Assembly: GCA_002269645.1 (NCBI GenBank)
Contig: NIVC01000215.1
Location: 558,001-622,000, forward strand
Length of the DNA stretch: 64,000 bases
Origin: Macrostomum lignano
Taxonomy: Eukaryota
Direction: 5' to 3'
Below the pieces are notes generated by a model. It was not told where the DNA came from, did no database searches, and saw only the letters and a list, made by a program, of their open reading frames with translations. The translations under genes were made by a program, and so were the position numbers. Shown piece after piece: positions 61,281 to 64,000 of this stretch (its first letter is position 1; the number at the start of each line of letters is the position of its first letter).

Positions 61281-61720
61281 GATGTACACAGTAATCAGAA
61301 GTGTACAAAGTCACGTACAAATTAATCAAAATGTGTACACAGTAATCAGAAGTGTACACAGTCAATCAGAAGTGTACACAGTCAATCAGAAGTGTACACA
61401 GTCAATCAGAAGTGTACACAGTCAATCAGAAGTGTACACAGTCAATCAGAAGTGTACACAGTCAATCAGAAGTGTACACAGTCAATCAGAAGTGTACACA
61501 GTCAATCAGAAGTGTACACAGTCAATCAGAAGTGTACACGGTCAATCAGAAGTGTACACAGTCAATCAGAAGTGTACACGGTCAATCAGAAGTGTACACA
61601 GTCAATCAGAAGTGTACACAGTCAATCAGAAGTGTACACAGTCAATCAGAAGTGTACACAGTCCTGTACAAATTATTCAAAAGTTTTACACAGTACGCAG
61701 AAGTGTACACAGCCTCGTAC
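61281..61720. repeat. 20-bp minisatellite (GTCAATCAGAAGTGTACACA)n, SLC28 intron 3
   Basis: Direct periodicity. Confidence 0.95.
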
Positions 61721-61807
61721 ACAGCAAGTCGGAAGCGCACACAGTCACAGATATTAAAATTGAAGTTCAGCGCTGTTTACAAAAGTGATTTACAATCCAT
61801 ATTCCAG

Positions 61808-61969
61808 GTGCTATCCGTAATCGTATTCTTCTCGTCGTTCATCGCCCTGCTCTTCCACCTGGAGGTGCTGCAGGTGATCATTGAAAAACTCGGCTGGCTG
61901 ATGCAGAAGGCCATGGGCACAACATCTGGCGAGAGTCTGGTAGCCGCTGCTAATATTTTTATTGGGCAG
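61808..61969 (+). CDS. SLC28: SLC28 exon 4; gene continues beyond right edge
   Basis: VLSVIVFFSSFIALLFHL..MGTTSGESLVAAANIFIGQ; TTCCAG acceptor, GTAAGT donor, 162 nt. Confidence 0.93.
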
Positions 61970-62099
61970 GTAAGTTCCTTAGCAACTGCTGGCTACACTG
62001 ATAACTTCCGGAGTCCAGAAAGACAATGACGGCTTACGAGTGGCCAAAATCAAACATATCGTTTTATATTTGTTTGACGGTTGTGACTGCACTGACTTC

Positions 62100-62468
62100 C
62101 CGTCTCTTCTCTCAATGCTCTGCTTCTATCTATAGAGGTAGTTTTCCTCTACTTCTCTCTCTCCCTCTCTTCCTACATCTACCTCTCTTGAGCTCCCTCC
62201 CTCTCCCTTCCTACGTCTACCTCTCTTGAGCTCCCTCTTCCTCTCCATCATACTCTTCCCTCTTTCCCTCATTGCTATAACTACCTTTCTCTCTCTCTAT
62301 CTACCTCTCTCCCTCTCCCCCCTCTCCCTCTCTCCCTCTCCCCCTCTCCCTCTCTCCCTCTCCCCCCTCTCCCTCTCTCCCTCTCTCCATCTCTCCACCC
62401 CTCCCTCTCCCTGTCACCCTCTCTTAATCTCTCCCTCTCTCTCTCGCTCTCTCCCTCTCTACCTCTCT

Positions 62469-62511
<43 letters not shown>

Positions 62512-62522
62512 CCTCTCTCTCT
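62100..62522. repeat. CT-rich low-complexity / (CT)n tract
   Basis: Direct inspection. Confidence 0.9.
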
Positions 62523-62524
62523 AA

Positions 62525-64000
62525 GTCTGGAAGGAAGGAGGTTCCCCCCAGACTTGGAAGGGATGAGTGCAACTTGTTGGTACTTGAGAACCAAAAACTG
62601 GTAGAGGATTTAACAACAGTGCGCATCAAAGGCAACCTAGAGGCACCAGAGACCAGAGCGATTCAGGGGCTCAAGCGAAACAGCTCCGTCCTTATAAAAA
62701 AGGCGGACAAAGGTAACGCAGTGGTCATCATGCACCCCAAGGATTACGAATTTGCAGCCTACAACCAATTGCTTGACACTAATGCCTATCAACAGCTGGA
62801 CCAGCCACTGCAACCCGAGACTGCGGAAATAATTAGGGGGATCTTCCTCGATTTATGTAACAGAAATTTCTTATCTAAGAAACAGTTTTCTTTTCTTTGT
62901 CCCGGGGAGAACTTCCGTCCCCGGCATTTCTACCTGCTCCCAAAAATTCACAAGGACCCGGCCACCTGGCTGATCCCCTTTCGGGTCCCAGCAGGCAGAC
63001 CTATTGTTAGCGGATGCAGTTCTGAAGCAATTGGGGCAGAAAAGTACATAGACTTCTTTCTAAAACCGATTGCCCAAGCGCAACCCACTTTCATTAAGGA
63101 CTCCTATGACTTCAAGGCACACCTTATGGATAAAAGCTGCACGGAAGGTTCGACTCTGGCAACCTGTGATGTCCAGAGTCTGTACTCCATGATCCCAATA
63201 GATCAGGGCATTGCAGCGATCCAGGAATTCTTTAACCGATACCCGGATCCCATTAGACCGGATGCTGAGATAATAAAGCTACTGGAATTGTGTTTGTACA
63301 GGAATGACTTTGAATTTGACAAAATGATTTTCCTACAACTTAGAGGCACAGCCATGGGGCGCATATTTGCGCCCAGCTATGCCTGTCTCTTCATGAGTCT
63401 GGGAGGAAACTGCCCTGAGAACTGCTCTTTATAAGCCGAACATCTATTTTAGGTACATAGATGATATCTTCATTCACTGGGACCACCCGGCTGAAGCTCT
63501 GACAGAATTTTTTCGACACCTGAATTCAATCAACCCCAACATTAAACTCACCGTCAGCTCCTCATCAACTGAGGTCAGTTTCCTTGACATGACCATCAGG
63601 AAAGCTGAAAACCGCTTCACAACACAACTGTTTTTGAAAGAAACAGACACTCATAGATTGTTGCACTGACAGTCCTTCCATCCGTCACACACCTTCAAGG
63701 GGGTAGTAAAATCCCAAATCCTTCGGTACGCTCGTATCTGTGATGACGACAAATCTTTCAACGATGCTTTCAATTCTTTAAAATCGGAACTCAAGCAATT
63801 AGGCTACTCGAAGATTTTTCTTAGAAACTGCAAAAAGGATGTCCTCATACTTATGAACTGGACTGCGGGACCAACGACCAATCTGGGTCTGCTTCCCAAA
63901 GGGTTCCATCCCTGTGGGTCATCCCGCTGCAAATGCTGCACCCACTCACCGCCTGCTCTCTAAACCCAGGGGCTGGAATTTTTTTTATCTCCCAGAGCCT
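62525..64000 (+). mobile_element. Penelope-like element RT (degenerate: +1 frameshift ~63402, in-frame TGA ~63667), truncated by window edge
   Basis: IKKADKGNAVV, LLPKIHK, GRPIVS, IKDS, DVQSLY, GTAMG..APSYA, FRYIDDIF, SFLD, HP..SQILR motifs. Confidence 0.9.

Overview
Eukaryotic (animal) genomic DNA with GC-rich exons and introns filled with tandem repeats. The style suggests a flatworm such as Macrostomum, but this is inference only. Spliced models were built by hand from GT/AG sites with phase checks. Four housekeeping genes lie in tandem on the minus strand: Vps18 (4 exons, runs off the left edge), Exosc7/RRP42 (2 exons), RFWD3 (3 exons) and PPAT/amidophosphoribosyltransferase (5 exons). 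An SLC28 concentrative nucleoside transporter lies on the plus strand (4 exons seen, runs off the right edge). Essentially every intron carries its own minisatellite or microsatellite. Mobile DNA is abundant. PPAT intron 3 holds a Ty3/gypsy element nested in a CMC/EnSpm transposon, which is itself nested in a 23-bp array. Elsewhere there are Tc1-like and Merlin-like MITEs, a long-TIR element enclosing a BEL/Pao pol fragment, a 5'-inverted (twin-primed) LINE, a solo LTR, an LTR+PBS fragment and a Penelope-like RT. The most interesting signals are: Exosc7 has no ATG of its own but has in-frame splice acceptors, so a spliced-leader AUG may supply the start; each intron has a private minisatellite, one of which runs into coding sequence; the gypsy gag lacks an AUG; and a short 28S rDNA fragment is diverged specifically at the R2/I-PpoI target site.
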